Assembly: GCA_024137785.1 (NCBI GenBank)
Contig: JAHRHZ010000079.1
Coordinates: 11,650,896-11,714,895 of the forward strand
DNA from: Ginglymostoma cirratum
Taxonomy: Eukaryota
Length of the DNA: 64,000 nt
Reading direction: 5' to 3'
Part shown: positions 25,490 through 38,658 of the stretch, piece by piece
Layout: each line of letters starts with the position of its first letter
Numbering within the stretch: the stretch's first letter is position 1
The notes under the pieces: model-generated
Databases searched by the model: none
Told to the model about the DNA's origin: nothing
The model's input: only the letters and a program-made list of their open reading frames with translations
Program-made: the position numbers and the translations under genes

Positions 25490-26170
25490 ACAATTAATTT
25501 CCTCTCCTGCCTCAGTATATCCTGCATTAAAATATAAGGTGGCATCTAATGGAGATAGAACAGCCCCACCTGCTGACTGGAGAACCAGTGAGAGCTCAAA
25601 GATTTTAGGGAAAGCCCTCACCGTTAAGTAGCACGTGGACAGCAGCGAGTCTTCCCACCTACAGAGAGCTGCCAGTTAGTGCAAGGCCTGGAGCACTATC
25701 GACCAGCAGTGGCTCTTGCCCGTAGGACATCTGCCTGGGGATGGGACCAACACTGGATCCCAGACCACAGGTGAGTGGTTGGCCGGAGGCCATTTTGGGG
25801 GATGATTGGCAGCAAGGGTGGGGCCATTAGCTCACAGTAGGCATCCACTGCCTGACACTTGCCAAAGTCAGCCCCCTCAATCAGACAGTGATTGCTTTTG
25901 AACGTGGGACACCTCCTGCCCAAGATCCCACAAATAAAAACACACAGGCTGGCTTATCGAACATGCTTCCCCACACGGTCAGCCCCTGCCTGCCTGACTC
26001 TGGCTTTTACCAGTGGTAATCGGCTAAGGCTCTTGTGGGTTTTAATTGCCCACTTAAGGACCTCAATCGGCAACAGAGCAGGAAAGTCATCTTCAGACTT
26101 AGGTGGAATGCAGGGAGGAAGTCAGTGAATTTCCCAGCCATAACCACACATGATGAAATGCTTCCCTGCT
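25490..26170. repeat. Unclassified GC-richer interspersed repeat, possibly a non-autonomous DNA element
   Basis: Compositional shift relative to flanks; loosely similar blocks at ~28470-29030 and ~30750-31230. No family assigned. Confidence 0.3.
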
Positions 26171-26599
26171 GCCAAAGTAACCCAGGCATGGAGCATTAGA
26201 ACAACCCTCAGAGTCGATTTTGCACAAGTTACAGGCAGAGATTGACAGATTGAAGGAAACTATAGTTGTAATGGCCTTTAATAAAAGTAAAAAGAAATAT
26301 GTATATAAATGTATAATAATGAGTTTTCAGTAACGGCAGTGATTTTTCTGGCCTCTGTATCATCATAAAATTGCAATTACTTTTCTTTTCGAGTTCCCAG
26401 TCCTTTCTGTCACCATATTGTTCATAGGTCTTTTGTGAGAATTGTTTTTCTTTTCATGGCTCCGTAATTTTACTGCATAAAGCTTTCGCAACCTCAAATC
26501 ATACAATAAGGTTCAGGAGCTTTGCATTTGTCTCAAGAATATGAAGCAAAATGTGTCTAATTTATTGATTTATTTCAGGCGTCCCAAAGGGCATATTTT

Positions 26600-26753
26600 T
26601 AAAAGGCACATTTCCATAGGGATTCTCCCGGTTGTCTGCCATAACTTGATGGAAAAGCTGGAAATTAGTACGCTCTCTGTGTCTTCACGGGTTCCTGTAG
26701 TTCGTTGTTAAAGTTATCACAGATCAGGGGAGACATTCATGGAAATTCACCCC
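26600..26753. repeat. Imperfect palindrome, probable MITE relic
   Basis: atttccatagggattctccc...tctgccataactt pairs with aagttatcacaga...ggggaga...atggaaat. Confidence 0.5.
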
Positions 26754-27754
26754 ACTGGATGTTAATCTGAATTTTGGTTATTTGGAATAATTGCTGTTAT
26801 ATATAAATACATCTGAACATTCTATTCAATCAATTTTTTAAACTACCTGTTACAAAAATAAGTTACTTGGTGTCATCCAGTGAACAGAAATGGAAATGTT
26901 CTACTTTCTAAGATATTTCTGTACACTGTTTTTCCACATTGTCTAAAGACAGTAGAATTAACACATTCAGTTTGGGTAATGCTGGTCAATGCAATGGTCC
27001 AGATTTCAATGTCAAAACGATGTTGATTCTACTAGTCATCGTTACTATGGATGAATAGTCCAACAATTTCAACTAAGCTGAACATGTACATTTAAACTCA
27101 ACTATCCAAATGTTGCTATCCATGTTATACCATACTGCCAGTACGTCTGTATAAACAGCATCTGCCTCAATATTGAACTTCTTCAACTGCTCTGAAGTCT
27201 CTGTCTTAAGTAGCAGATGCACATTAAACTTGCCACAGAAAAGTCAAAGGACTTAATTTCCAAACACTGATTTAATGATATTGAATGTTTTAATTACTGA
27301 CTGAATCTTTCTGACACTTTCTGAAAATTAGCTAGTACAAGTGTGAGGTCTTATTCGTGTAGTTCTAATTGTTGTTGGAGATTTTTTAAAAAAAATTATT
27401 TTGAATATGGCTTTAATTTTTCTCTCCCACTCCATTTATTTTCCCTCTGTTTATTTCCCTTGCTGTACAGGCTATGATGTTGAATTCACTCACAAAAAAT
27501 TCTACTTCCTTCTCAGTCTTTGCACTGTTAAACTCATCATACTTCGATCTTCTTGCTTAAAGAAATACATAAAAGCTTGCCTTATTCCCTCAGGTCCCAG
27601 ACATCTGGTTTCCCCAGTTGTACCATTATCAGCTTGCCGTTTTAGCAGTCTGCTGTTAAAAAACATTGGGAAACCTAACTCTCCAAGTGCAAGCCTAATT
27701 AATGGCACAGACCATTTGATGCTCTCCTGCAGGCACTTACACAATAATACAAGA

Positions 27755-28148
27755 CAATGCAATGCAGCATAGGAACAGGCCCTTTGGCCCATCAAGCCTG
27801 CGTCGATTCCTAATCCCTATGTAGACCCGCTTCTGATTGCCCATGTGCAGTTTCTTTCCCTCTATTTACCTCCTGTTCATGTGTCTATCAAGAAACGCCT
27901 TAAACATTACTAACACGCCTGCTTCCACCACCTCCACTGGCAATGCGTTCCAGGCACCCTCCGCCCACTGTGTGAAAAAATTTCCCCACACTTCTCCCCT
28001 AAATCTCCCCCCCACCCCCCACCTTGAACCTGTGCCCTCATGTTGTTGACCTTTCCACCCTGGGGGAAAAGCCATCTGACAATCCACCCTATCTATGCCT
28101 CGCATAATTTTGTAGACCTCTATCAGATCGCCCGTCAGTCTCCATCTT
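27755..28148 (-). mobile_element. CR1 LINE 3' end
   Basis: ORF 27866-28105: MRGIDRVD...GNFFTQ..GAWNALPVEVVEAG..FKAFLDRHM. Confidence 0.92.
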
Positions 28149-31100
28149 TATGGACCAATATTTTTAGTGAATCTTTATTTCTTAACGTCCTAAATATAAA
28201 TTTCCTAAATCTAGCTGCGTTCACGCAGGACCTCATTTACTCTAGAATGTGAGAAAGAATATTTCCAGTGTGAACACACAAAGCAAAAAGTCAATTTTCT
28301 AATTGGGGGAAACAAAGCAAGTACAGGTCTTGTTAGCTTAAAATCAGGAGGGAATTTGTGTAAGTTAATAAGTACAATTTTCATCGCGGTCTTGGTGCAA
28401 TGAAAGCAAGGAAATAAAACTTCAGACATTATACATTGGGTAAGCAATGACTCCACTGACTGAATTTTGGTTTGAGGGTGGAATACAGGAACTGGAACTA
28501 TTTCAAGGTCCTAAAACTGCCTTTGGGGATGGGGGTAGGCAGTCACTGTTTTCATCAAGGTGTCTGTTTAATATGAAGATAGGTTCCTTGTCCTATTCAC
28601 AATGGTGGATAGGCTCTTGAAACTGAACAGCCAATCAGAGGCCTTCCCGCTTCAGATCAACAACCAACTGCAGTAGCTTGAAGGGGCCTTATTCTCAGCA
28701 ATGTTTTGGAGAATTACATTTACAAATTTCTGAAAACAGCAAGGCAACCACTCTGGGGTTGGGGGAATCTCTCTGCAGCATAGTTTTTAGTTGCATCCCA
28801 ATTGAAGCATTAGGGGAGATTGTAGCCTTCCTGGAGCAGGGCTTTGGCCTTCAGCTGGGATGAGTTAATTGAATACCCCACCCTTACCCTTTCCACGGTT
28901 GCTTTTGCTTAACCTTACCAAGGGTCTTAGATATTCTTTCATATGCGTTATTTTTTATTGGTTTATCAGCTGAGATCATCCAGTCAGGAATATCTGCATC
29001 CTGCCTAAAATTGAGGGAAGATTGCAATTTCCTTATCCATTTTGATTTTGGTTGAATTCATAATTGACACAAGAAGCAGTTGACAGCTTTAATGATTTGA
29101 TTGCATTGTGAGCTCAAAATCCTAACATTTTTTAGCAATTTCATGTTGACCACTTACATAGTGAGCTAGATGTTCTGGGAGACTTGACTTGGTGCTGAAC
29201 TCGGTTTAAGGAGATTGATAACAATTGTTGTCGGACTATTGCTGCAGCTTTTGTTCCCTATTTGATTTTTTTTTATGGCTACTACTTTTCTGCATTTATC
29301 TGTTCCTGCTCCCTTTGAACCACAAGCCTGCATTTCTGCTTTTAGAAGGTCCTGGAAGAGGACTAACAGAGATAGGTCAGGCTCTTCCCAGGGTGATTAG
29401 AATTGAAGCACTGGTATACAGCAAGAGGTACAACTATCTCCCACTCACTGCAGGTGTGGTGTTCTGGAGGCTGAGGTGACCAGAGAAACTGTCGCAGAGC
29501 TATTTGGCATGTTGCAAGCAGACTGAGCTGATAACTGTCACAGGAGCTATTGTGAACACTAGACAATTAATTGTGCATAAGCATGAAATAACTCAGATGC
29601 ATTGTTTGCTGAAACGTCGCAGTGCATCTTCTAATTGGACTGTCGGATCAGTATCAGAATTTCAGGAATAAGAAATCACTTTTTTAAAATAATTTCTTTA
29701 ACATGGAGCTGAGTTGCAAATCCATTTTTGTGCCCAGGCAGCCAGTTGAAATCAATGCCAGATGCAGGCAGGAGACCATTCAGAGGAATTAGTTCATTAA
29801 GAGAATTAGATGGAGTAATCCATGTGGTACTTATTCACGAGGCCATTTTCCATCTTGAAAATACGCTCAATGCTTTAGCCCAAAATTCTTACACTTGCAT
29901 ATTTAGCAAGAATGATGCCCATTTCAATGTAATTCACAAATTCCTCATTCGTGCCACTCGATCTAACCTGCTGTTCAACTTTGTGAAACCCTGCAGAAAC
30001 ACAAACTGCAGTAGATAAAGTAGAATAGTGTCTGAACAAATGTTAATGACAATGGACCACTTTATTGTGGGAAAGAGAATATTTCTGTATGACTTTCCAA
30101 AATTAGGCATACTATTATAATTACAATAAATTGGGAATTCAGGCAGAATCTAAAAGAATAATAGACATATATGATATTTACAATAGAAGGACATGGGTAA
30201 AAATTGTATTGAAACATTTGAGAGATAATTAGATATATTTGGTGAAGAAAGAATAGATTCATAGAGAGATACAGTGAGAAGACGATGTTGAGATCAATGA
30301 ACGATAAAGGCAGGATTGTTACGCTGAAATGCCTGCTGTCCCAAAATATCCAAGGTTCCTCAGCCTACTTTGCTCAAGTGGATTTACTTTAATAAATCTA
30401 CGTGTCACCATATTCAATCCTGTTTTGGCACACCATATTTTGTTAGCACAACAGTGCTTCCCCTGTTGATTTTGATGCAGGGTTGTAATTCCTGTTTCTG
30501 TTACTCTTCATCCAAATTTCTGATATTGTAGACACTAAGAGAATTCATGTATTCGTTGTTCTAAAGTGTTTAATATACAGGGTTATTTCCCTGTATAGAA
30601 AAGAATAGAAAAGAAAACTTCAAGGCTAGATCTTTATTCATGAAAGAACAACATAACCTTGAATGTTTGGAACTTGACCAGGATTAGGTGTGGGTTTTTG
30701 TACAATTTTCCAAGGTTATTCCATAATTATAATCAAGTGTGCTTCCTGGAATCGGAGTTTCCACCAAAGCAGAAATTAGTCAGCTGCCAGGAAGGTAGAT
30801 GCACCCAGAAATTGAGTCAATTTTCAGGCAGGACCAATGGGCTGTGGTCATGAGCTAACTCTTCATTAGGGCATCACACTCACCTTGGGCTGGCATAATG
30901 CCAAGTGGTCCATCTGACATCCAAACCTGAAGAAGATTTCTAAGAGAATCCAGTCTCTGTGGAATGGGAAAAAAAGCAGGCAAACCAGTTTTGAAGAATT
31001 AGGAAAATATTCCTGCTCCTTTGGGCCATTCAGATCTCTTTTGGCCCAAGAACCAGCTGATATAGGCCACAGTGAGCACGGTCTGCACTTGGTTCAGTCA

Positions 31101-32089
31101 GGATCCTTTAGATGCCTAAGGACCCTGCTTTAAATGTTTCAAAGACCCCCTTCTACAAGCAGCGAGTAGGCCAGATTGCTATGACAACCCTGCAAAATGG
31201 TGAGAGCAACTATGATACCAGCAATAGGATATTCTAGTGGTCCATTTACCTGTCACAACTGTCTACTTTCTGCTGGTCAGGAGATATGAAAATTCAGTCT
31301 ATGGTATGGATTTGGATGTTTCTGGGCAACATGTTTGTGACTGCGTGGATATCTGCTGGCAAACGTTTGACAAACTTGGCACTGATCCACTGCATGGGAT
31401 GGTTGCAAATTCGGGAGCTACTGCATAACACCATCACCATGGGAGCAACATTACAGTGTGCCAAGTAATATACAGGGAAACACTTGAGGACTTATACTAT
31501 CACTGGTCAAAGACCCTCATGGCAACATACCGGCTTCATAATGGGAGATTAGCAGTAGACTTTAATGCAACAAGTAGTCTATCTCTGTATGTGACTATCT
31601 GTTGATCAGTAATCCTGCAAAACCATTCCTCACAATTATTCTGGCTATTTTGGCTGTTAACACCCTGGTCTGGTGTGATCTTCCTTCGTGCACGCCATTA
31701 AGGCTTAACACATTGGTGCTGCTGAAGATTCATTCAGTCATCACCAATTATTAGCGTGTCAGCAGTTCTCCTGACTTTCTGTAGGATGTGGAGTCTGTGC
31801 ACGCACTAAGCCTCTGCCAATGTGAGGCGTGTGTGTGTATCACATCTCTGTAGCAGCACAAATTAGGCCTCCCTCCCTTTGTCCTCCTCTTCCTTAGTAT
31901 CTATAAATCTGTCGCGGATAATTCTCATTGAGAATCCCATTGATGGCATTAATAGTATTGCAAGAAAAAAGAGAAACTAGCAGCAGGCCTAGAAATAAGA
32001 AAATTGGTCAAACATTTTTGGAATATGAATGCCAAATTCAAAGCCTATCCTTATGTTGGTGTTGGCAAGCTGCTGTCTTGAATTGCTAG

Positions 32090-32930
32090 AGTTTATGTAA
32101 TATAAATACGCCTACAACGCTGTTCAGCAGTTCTAAAATTAAGCCATTGACAGGAAAGGGAAAAGGTAATTGATATATTTCCAGGTGCAGAAAGCTGCAT
32201 GGTCTGGAGTGGAATTGCAGGGATATTTCCACAGGCCCTGCTGGCTTGTCTCTCTATGGGGTAAAAGTCATGGGTTTGCAAGGTGCTTTTGAAGGGCTTT
32301 GTTGAGTTGCTGCAGTGCATTTACACAGTGAATTTAACTACTCATAGGATACGCTACTGTACGGGCCTCTGGATAATAGACAAGAGTGTTAGCCTTCTTG
32401 AACTGAATGGCCAAAGTCAACCTCGATGATTGGTAGGGGTTAATATTGAAAGTCATACAGCTAGTGCCAATCAAATAGTCTACTTTGTCCTGGATGGTGT
32501 TGAGCGTCATTAGTGCAACATTCACTCGGCCAATTGGTAAGTACTCCATTGCACTCTTGACTTCTGCCTTATAGCTGGTGGACAGGGTCTGAGCAGTTTG
32601 GAGTAAGTTAATCATTGCAGTTTCCAGCTTCTCACTTGCTCTGGTCGCTATGATATTTATATGACTGGCCTAGTTCAGTTTTTGGTTAATGGTATTCCCC
32701 AGGATGTTAATGGTGGGGGAAATTAGAGATGGTAATGCATTTGAATACCGAGGCATAATTAGTGGATTCTCTCCTGTTGACATTTTGTTTACCTGAATGT
32801 TACTTGCCACTTATCAAACCAAGACTGAATGTTGTGGAGTTCTTGCTGCAGATAGGCACAGAGTTCTTTAGAATCTGAGTAGTTAGTTGATGCAGAACAT
32901 TGTGCAATCATTAATTAATGTCTGATCTTG
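32090..32930 (-). mobile_element. CR1/L2-group LINE fragment split by a ~95-bp foreign insert
   Basis: ORF 32334-32615 contains LSTSYKAEVKSAMEY...NTIQDK...LIGT; homologous to 36890-37060 and 38065-38620. Confidence 0.75.
32336..32418 (+). repeat. Diverged direct copy of 33985-34067, inserted in a LINE
   Basis: Ungapped hand alignment, 61/83 identical, offset 1649 bp. Confidence 0.9.
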
Positions 32931-33685
32931 CACTGATGTTGCAGAAACTTCTGCAATGACGTCCTTTTCTTTCTTTTGCCCTTCTACAAACTTAGCATAG
33001 AGCTGAAATTCCAGCAACCTTGGACATTAATGCTCACTATTCAGACCACAAGCTTTCTTCCTGCATGCACTATCCCTCTCCAGTATAAATATATCAACCA
33101 AGCTCCTGCCTGGTTCAACCTGAAAATACTCCTGGTGCTGAAACTGGCTGAAGATTAACTGAGGATGGTTCTTCAAACACTTTTCTGATCAGGTTTATCT
33201 GATTTAGATCTGTAAGCCAGGTGAAATCCTTTTATTTTTCTGTAACTCTTTGTGTATCTTAGATCAATGAAAAATCAATGAATAACAGCAAACTACCTTG
33301 TAAATTAGTTTATGCACAGATTGAAATTTGCAATAACAAAGCATGTCTGACTGACCACGATGCACTAAACAGCTTTACAGCATAGCACCAGCTACAATGG
33401 TAGTTGTGTTATCCTTGATTACATGGTTATGGGCGGAACAAAGAATTGCTGTGTAGTGCACTGTGCTATCCTGAATGATAAATCAAGACAAAATTGCTAG
33501 CAACATCTGCAATGAGTTGTATTTCTAAATTTTCTCACCAGGGGTCAGTAGTAGATTGGCCTTTTCTATCTAACATTATATCAAAGAGATTAACGGTTCT
33601 TTATCCCATCTCAGTGTTATTTAACTCTTATAATCATATCTAAATGAAAAGCTGGTTTACACATACCCATGTACATTGTTGTATA

Positions 33686-33770
33686 TTTTTCATTCTTTCA
33701 TGGGATGAGGCCATTACTGGCTGGGCCAACATTTATTGTCCATCCATAGTTACCCTTGAGAAGGTGGAGG
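33686..33770 (-). mobile_element. LINE/SINE 3' tail fragment
   Basis: Reverse complement of the tail at ~5005-5090. Confidence 0.75.
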
Positions 33771-33984
33771 AGTTTATAGGACTGTTTAGGTAGGATTCGT
33801 ACTGTAGTCAGTTAATCTTAGAGTCATTGTTTTTTTTGCCAGATTTTCCTCTTCTGTTCTGTTTCTTCCAGTAATAAAGTTATTTGGGAGTGAGCAGTTC
33901 TTTCAAACATGTAGTCCAGTGGGCATATGTGGGTAGGTTTGCCACTCTTGTAAAGCAGCACTAAAAACCACAACATTCTATTTG

Positions 33985-34067
33985 AACTACATAAAGGACT
34001 TGCTTCTGCAGGCACCTCAGAATAACAGTGAAGAGTATTTCCTTTCTTGAACTGAATGAACAAAGTC
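33985..34067 (+). repeat. Partner (presumed template) of 32336-32418
   Basis: Same alignment; shared 15-mer ttcttgaactgaatg. Confidence 0.9.
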
Positions 34068-34683
34068 TTACTTTGTGCTCGAGATTCGGTGCAGATCAAG
34101 AATTGAGGCTGTGATCATCTGTCTCTGTTTTGTTTTCTGTCCACAGGTCCATGATTTTTATTCACTACTTTGTTGGTAAAACTCATCTGTGTGTTGTTTA
34201 AAAAAAGGTGTTTCCCTGTTGTAATAGAGTTGTGTTGTTCTTAAACATCAAAAGCCAATTCTGATAGAACACATTTCTCTTGGTGCGTTTAAAACATTCA
34301 ATCACAAGCTTCCACTGATATCCATGAAGCAATTTCTTTCCCATCTATGATGTAATTCGATCATATTGATTAAATTATCCGTTTGTAAATCGATGCCAAA
34401 CATTTTCAGCAAAAATGAATGCTGAGTCAAATTTTGTAGATATTCATGTCCACCAACTAAATGCTAATTTGCCCAAATGTTATTCATTGAGGTTATAAGT
34501 TCATGAGCAGAGTTATGCATTCAATTGCAAAATAATTGGAGAAAATGAAATTCCAATACATATACATATTTTCCAGCAATAGACAGGTTAATATTTCATT
34601 AGCCCAACTGTTGTTTGTTTTATCTTGTTTCTTCTGTGCCAGAAATGTTTTAATTGAGGAGATTTCTGGGATGTACTGAATGT

Positions 34684-34796
34684 TTTTAATCAATTTGTTT
34701 AGACGTGTTAAGACATACCCCCTGGTAGTTGGGACTTGAACCCAGGCCTTCTGGTTCAGAGGTAAGGATGCTACTATTCTGTCACAAAGCTCCCTA
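34684..34796 (-). mobile_element. Short tRNA-derived SINE
   Basis: B-box ggttcaagtcc on the minus strand; homologous to 49746-49860. Confidence 0.7.
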
Positions 34797-36712
34797 AAGT
34801 GGAAGAGGATCAGCACCTGCCTTAAGACATGGTAGACCCCCTGGCCAGCCCCCAGACTGAAGCTGTAGCCTTGCCGTTATTAGCAACACACTCTAATCAT
34901 CTGACTGAACCAGCCATCACTGTAAGGTGTTCTTGGTGGAAGAATTTATAAGTCTGTTAGTTGGGAACCTGTGTACAATGTTGTCGCAAATAATGCAAAA
35001 GCAAAAATTTACCCCGAACTAACCACACAATCTTCCCTTTTATCTACCAGACGGTAGCTTCATAGATTTCTGGTATGTAAAAAGCAATTGCTTTTTGTGT
35101 ATTGACAAGTTCTTTATCATTCTCGCATATGGTTTCCCCAGAGTGTTTCTTCATGACACCATACAAGAATATGTGAAAAAATATATAGTTAGATGTCTCC
35201 TGTGCTATATAGTACATTAAACATCCAAATAGGTAGATCTACTTAATATACTCAGATCATCACATGTGTCTATTTATAATGTATACACGGTCCAGAGTAA
35301 TAGATGAAACCACAGAGAACAATTTGTCTTTCCGTTTCAATTTTTTCATTCTATCTGTTCCTTGCCTAGTCACTGGAACAGTACAGAAACTAAATACTGT
35401 CTTTCTCTGTCCTTATCTTCCCAGTCACTGACACTTTGGAAATGCTCGAGTAGGTTAGGAAATGACTGCAATCTAACTCAACGTTGCTTCCATCCTTCTG
35501 AATCTTATTACATCAGTACAATGGTCATTGAATAATGAATTAATAATCAATTGCCCTTGTAACTGAAGAAATTGCAGTGGCTGATTAATGATTTGGCTGA
35601 TGTTTCAAATGAAACATCTTTTACAGCCATGATTCTTTTTTTAGAATTGGAAACATTTTGGAGGTGATGTCATTCACATCATGAAAAGTCAGCGTCTGAA
35701 TTTGGCAAATGGTATTGAAATCTTTAATGGCATGGCAAGAAGCCTAGGCCAAAAGCCAATTAATATGAAATCTGTCTATGGTAGACCGTCCAAGCCTTTG
35801 CATTTTGTTTTGATATAGTTCCCATTTCCCTTTTGCTTTCAAGTGAAAAAGTGCTCATGATAGAATTAAGATGAATTGGAGGTAATTCTTTGGATCATAG
35901 GGTAATAACTTCCCCTGAAGTTCCCAATTTCCCATGAGTGTATGATGTAGGAAACAAGCAGAGGGCGTGTGCATTCTCAGGTGAAAGGTTAAAAGTTGAA
36001 GAGCGAATGATGAGCATCGTGCCAACAAATAACTGAATAATTGAATTAAGACAGTCCCAAGAACTGGCTGGAAGCCCATTTCCTTTATGAAGAAAGTGAG
36101 ACATGGCATGAGGAAGATTTTAAAAGTAACTTATCAAAATGGAAGAACATGAAAGAAAATGACAACCACAATGAATTGGGACATTGACCAGAACTGGTAT
36201 CACTAGAAATAAATACGTGTCAATGTGAAAGGTGGCCTGCTTTTAAATATTTGGCCTGGATTTTGGCTCAGGTAGCAGAGTCAGAAAATTTCCTGCAGGT
36301 GGGGAATAGAAGTGCAACCCAGTTGATGGGATCTTTGCTCCTAAGAGAGCAGAATTGGGATGGAGTTAGGTCTGCTGTCCTTGGATACTGAGCGCCAAGG
36401 CTGGAAATTTAAAAGAAAATAAAAACAAAAATTGCAGGGAAAGACAAGAAACACCTGGCAGAAAGCTTTCCCCAATGCTGATATTAATTTGAATACTAGC
36501 TTTAAACTTAATAAACCATAAAGTTTCCAACCTTGTGCCAGATCATCTTGCTATAAGTGGTACTGCTTAAGGCTGAAGTGGAAAATCCATTTGTAATCTT
36601 AATTTCTGTCAAGTGAACTGTTCCAAGATGTCCCTATCTGATGGAAGCATCAATAAAGGCCAAAAACATAGGGTTTTTTTTGGAAGAGTCCAAACTGTTA
36701 GCATTGAGGTGT

Positions 36713-36797
36713 CTAGGCCCGAAACATCAAGCTTTCCTGCTCCTATGATGCTGCTTGGCCTGCTGTGTTCATCCAGCCCCACACCTTGTTATCTCTA
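36713..36797 (+). mobile_element. 85-bp PLE terminal fragment with 17-bp TSD
   Basis: Near-identical to 33-112; tgttagcattgaggtgt at 36696-36712 and 36798-36814. Confidence 0.9.
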
Positions 36798-36889
36798 TGT
36801 TAGCATTGAGGTGTTCAGCTCCACTTGCAAATCCTCTATGAATGAAGCAGGCCCTGTGAGTATAAAGTAAAACAGGGGGCAAGTTAGGA

Positions 36890-38620
36890 TTGGGCCCATA
36901 GATGGCAAGTAACATTCACTCCACATAAATGCCTGACAGTAACCATCTCCAATAATGGAAAGTATAACCACCTCTTGACATTTAATGGCATTATCATCAC
37001 CAAAACCTACCACCATTAATATCCAAAGCTGTAATCATTGACTAGGAGCTTAAATGGACTTTCTTTCTTTTCAGATACCATGGCCTCAGAAGGTGGTTGT
37101 GATAATTGACTTTGTTATGACTAGATGAGGAGAGGGTATCTGTTCCCTCTTGTTAAACCCCCTCTTGACTGGATGAAACAAATATATTTCTGTTAGTTCA
37201 CAGCTATCACACTTCACTTAAAGCTCAATTAACCAGTTTAAAAAGCAGGGACCAAGTCCAAGCTTTCATTGAGTGAGAAAATGAAAAACTGAATTATCTA
37301 TTAAAACTGAAAAAAAATCATAAAATGTAACATCAAATGCAGAAAATAAGTATAAAAATGAATAGGGATGGGGGAGTAAGTATGTAACAAACAGGCAAAT
37401 AAAAAGTTTAAAGTCCTTCAGTTGAAAGAATGAAACCCAAGTCCACAGCTGTTCAGCTGTTCTCTTATTTCTTCAGCAGTGGCAACATTTGCAGAATTCT
37501 GGAGTTCCTGGTGAATGGTCATTAACCCAAGTTGCTTTTTCATTGGACACATCTTAAGGGAGGTAATAAAGCATAGAGAGAAAGTTCAAACCTTACAGGT
37601 TCTGTGGTTATGAATCAATTCCTCTTTCTCTGCTTTGCCAAGAAAGCTACTGAAATATGGTTTATTTATATATTCCCAAGTCTAACTTCATTGTCCTTTC
37701 AAGCTGGATACTCAGCAGGCAATCTTCTATCTCCCTATTCTTGATCTTGCCGCAGGAGTATGAATTAAACAGGAGATGCAAATTTCTTATTGTTGTCCTA
37801 TTTGTCTGGTTTCACAGTCTTTGGATGAAATGGTCATTTCAGTGCAGTCGGTTCAATGTATCCCACATGGGATCCATTCACTTGTCTCACTCTGTGGTCA
37901 GGTAACCATAGCAGCCAGTTTGGGTCAGTAATTTTCTTTCTAAAAACCCTTTAGTTTGTAAAGGTCTCAGATGCTAAAACCTAATGATGGGAGTTGAATA
38001 TTAATAGTCCATGTTACCATTACATAAAAGCTTTCATGAGCTTGATCCATGATTATCGTTGGTATTTACTTGGAAATGACACATTGGTACTGTGAATGCA
38101 AGACCAGGTAAGAGGCAGCATATTCTGTGCCAAGTAGCTCAGCACCTGGCTCCCTTTCTATTGTTTGCAGGACGTAAGTCTGGAGTCTTACGGAATGTTG
38201 TCCTCTTGCCTGAATGGGTGCAGCTCGAACAATACTTACCGAAATTTGACACCATCCAGAAGAAAGTGGCTTATTAGATTGGCACCTGTCCAGCACTGGT
38301 AGACTGTAACTACAGGACATATCTTCTAAAGATGCTCTGAAGCAAGTTGTTAAGCTGCTTCTCGACCACATCACAAACTGGTGACACCTTCCACCTTGAA
38401 CAGCAATGCAGTTAGCGCATGGCAATGCCACCACCTTCACGTTCCCCTCCAAGATGTACACATCCTGATTTGGAAATTCATTGTTACTGTGTCAAAATTC
38501 TGAAACACCTCTTTACAGTGGAGTGTCTTCACCACATGGACTGTCCTGTCTAAAGAGGTATCTCCCCTCTAACTTTTGAGGGCAATGAATGCTGGTGTTG
38601 TCAGCGATGCAGGCATCCCC
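36890..38620 (+). mobile_element. CR1/L2-group LINE (36890-37060 plus 38065-38620) split by a ~1-kb LTR-like insertion (~37092-38040)
   Basis: WQVTFTPHKC in the first part; KFDTIQKK and the shared 3' tail in the second; the insert begins tgttatga. Confidence 0.65.
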
Positions 38621-38658
38621 TAAGATCATAAGATACAGGATCAGAATTAGGCCGTTTG

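Noticed and set aside
25391-27115. Patchy similarity between ~25391-25480 and ~27012-27110
   Set aside because: Needs several gaps and reaches only ~55% in ungapped stretches of AT-rich DNA; cannot be separated from chance by eye.
32336-34067. DGR-type template/variable repeat, or paralogous H/ACA snoRNAs, as explanation of the direct pair
   Set aside because: Mismatches are not restricted to adenines on either strand and there is no adjacent intact RT. An ATAAYA H-box-like word is shared, but there is no terminal ACA or conserved double hairpin.
34147-34181. Strong splice acceptor with a 29-nt candidate exon
   Set aside because: Weak donor (gtaaaa) and no recognisable peptide.
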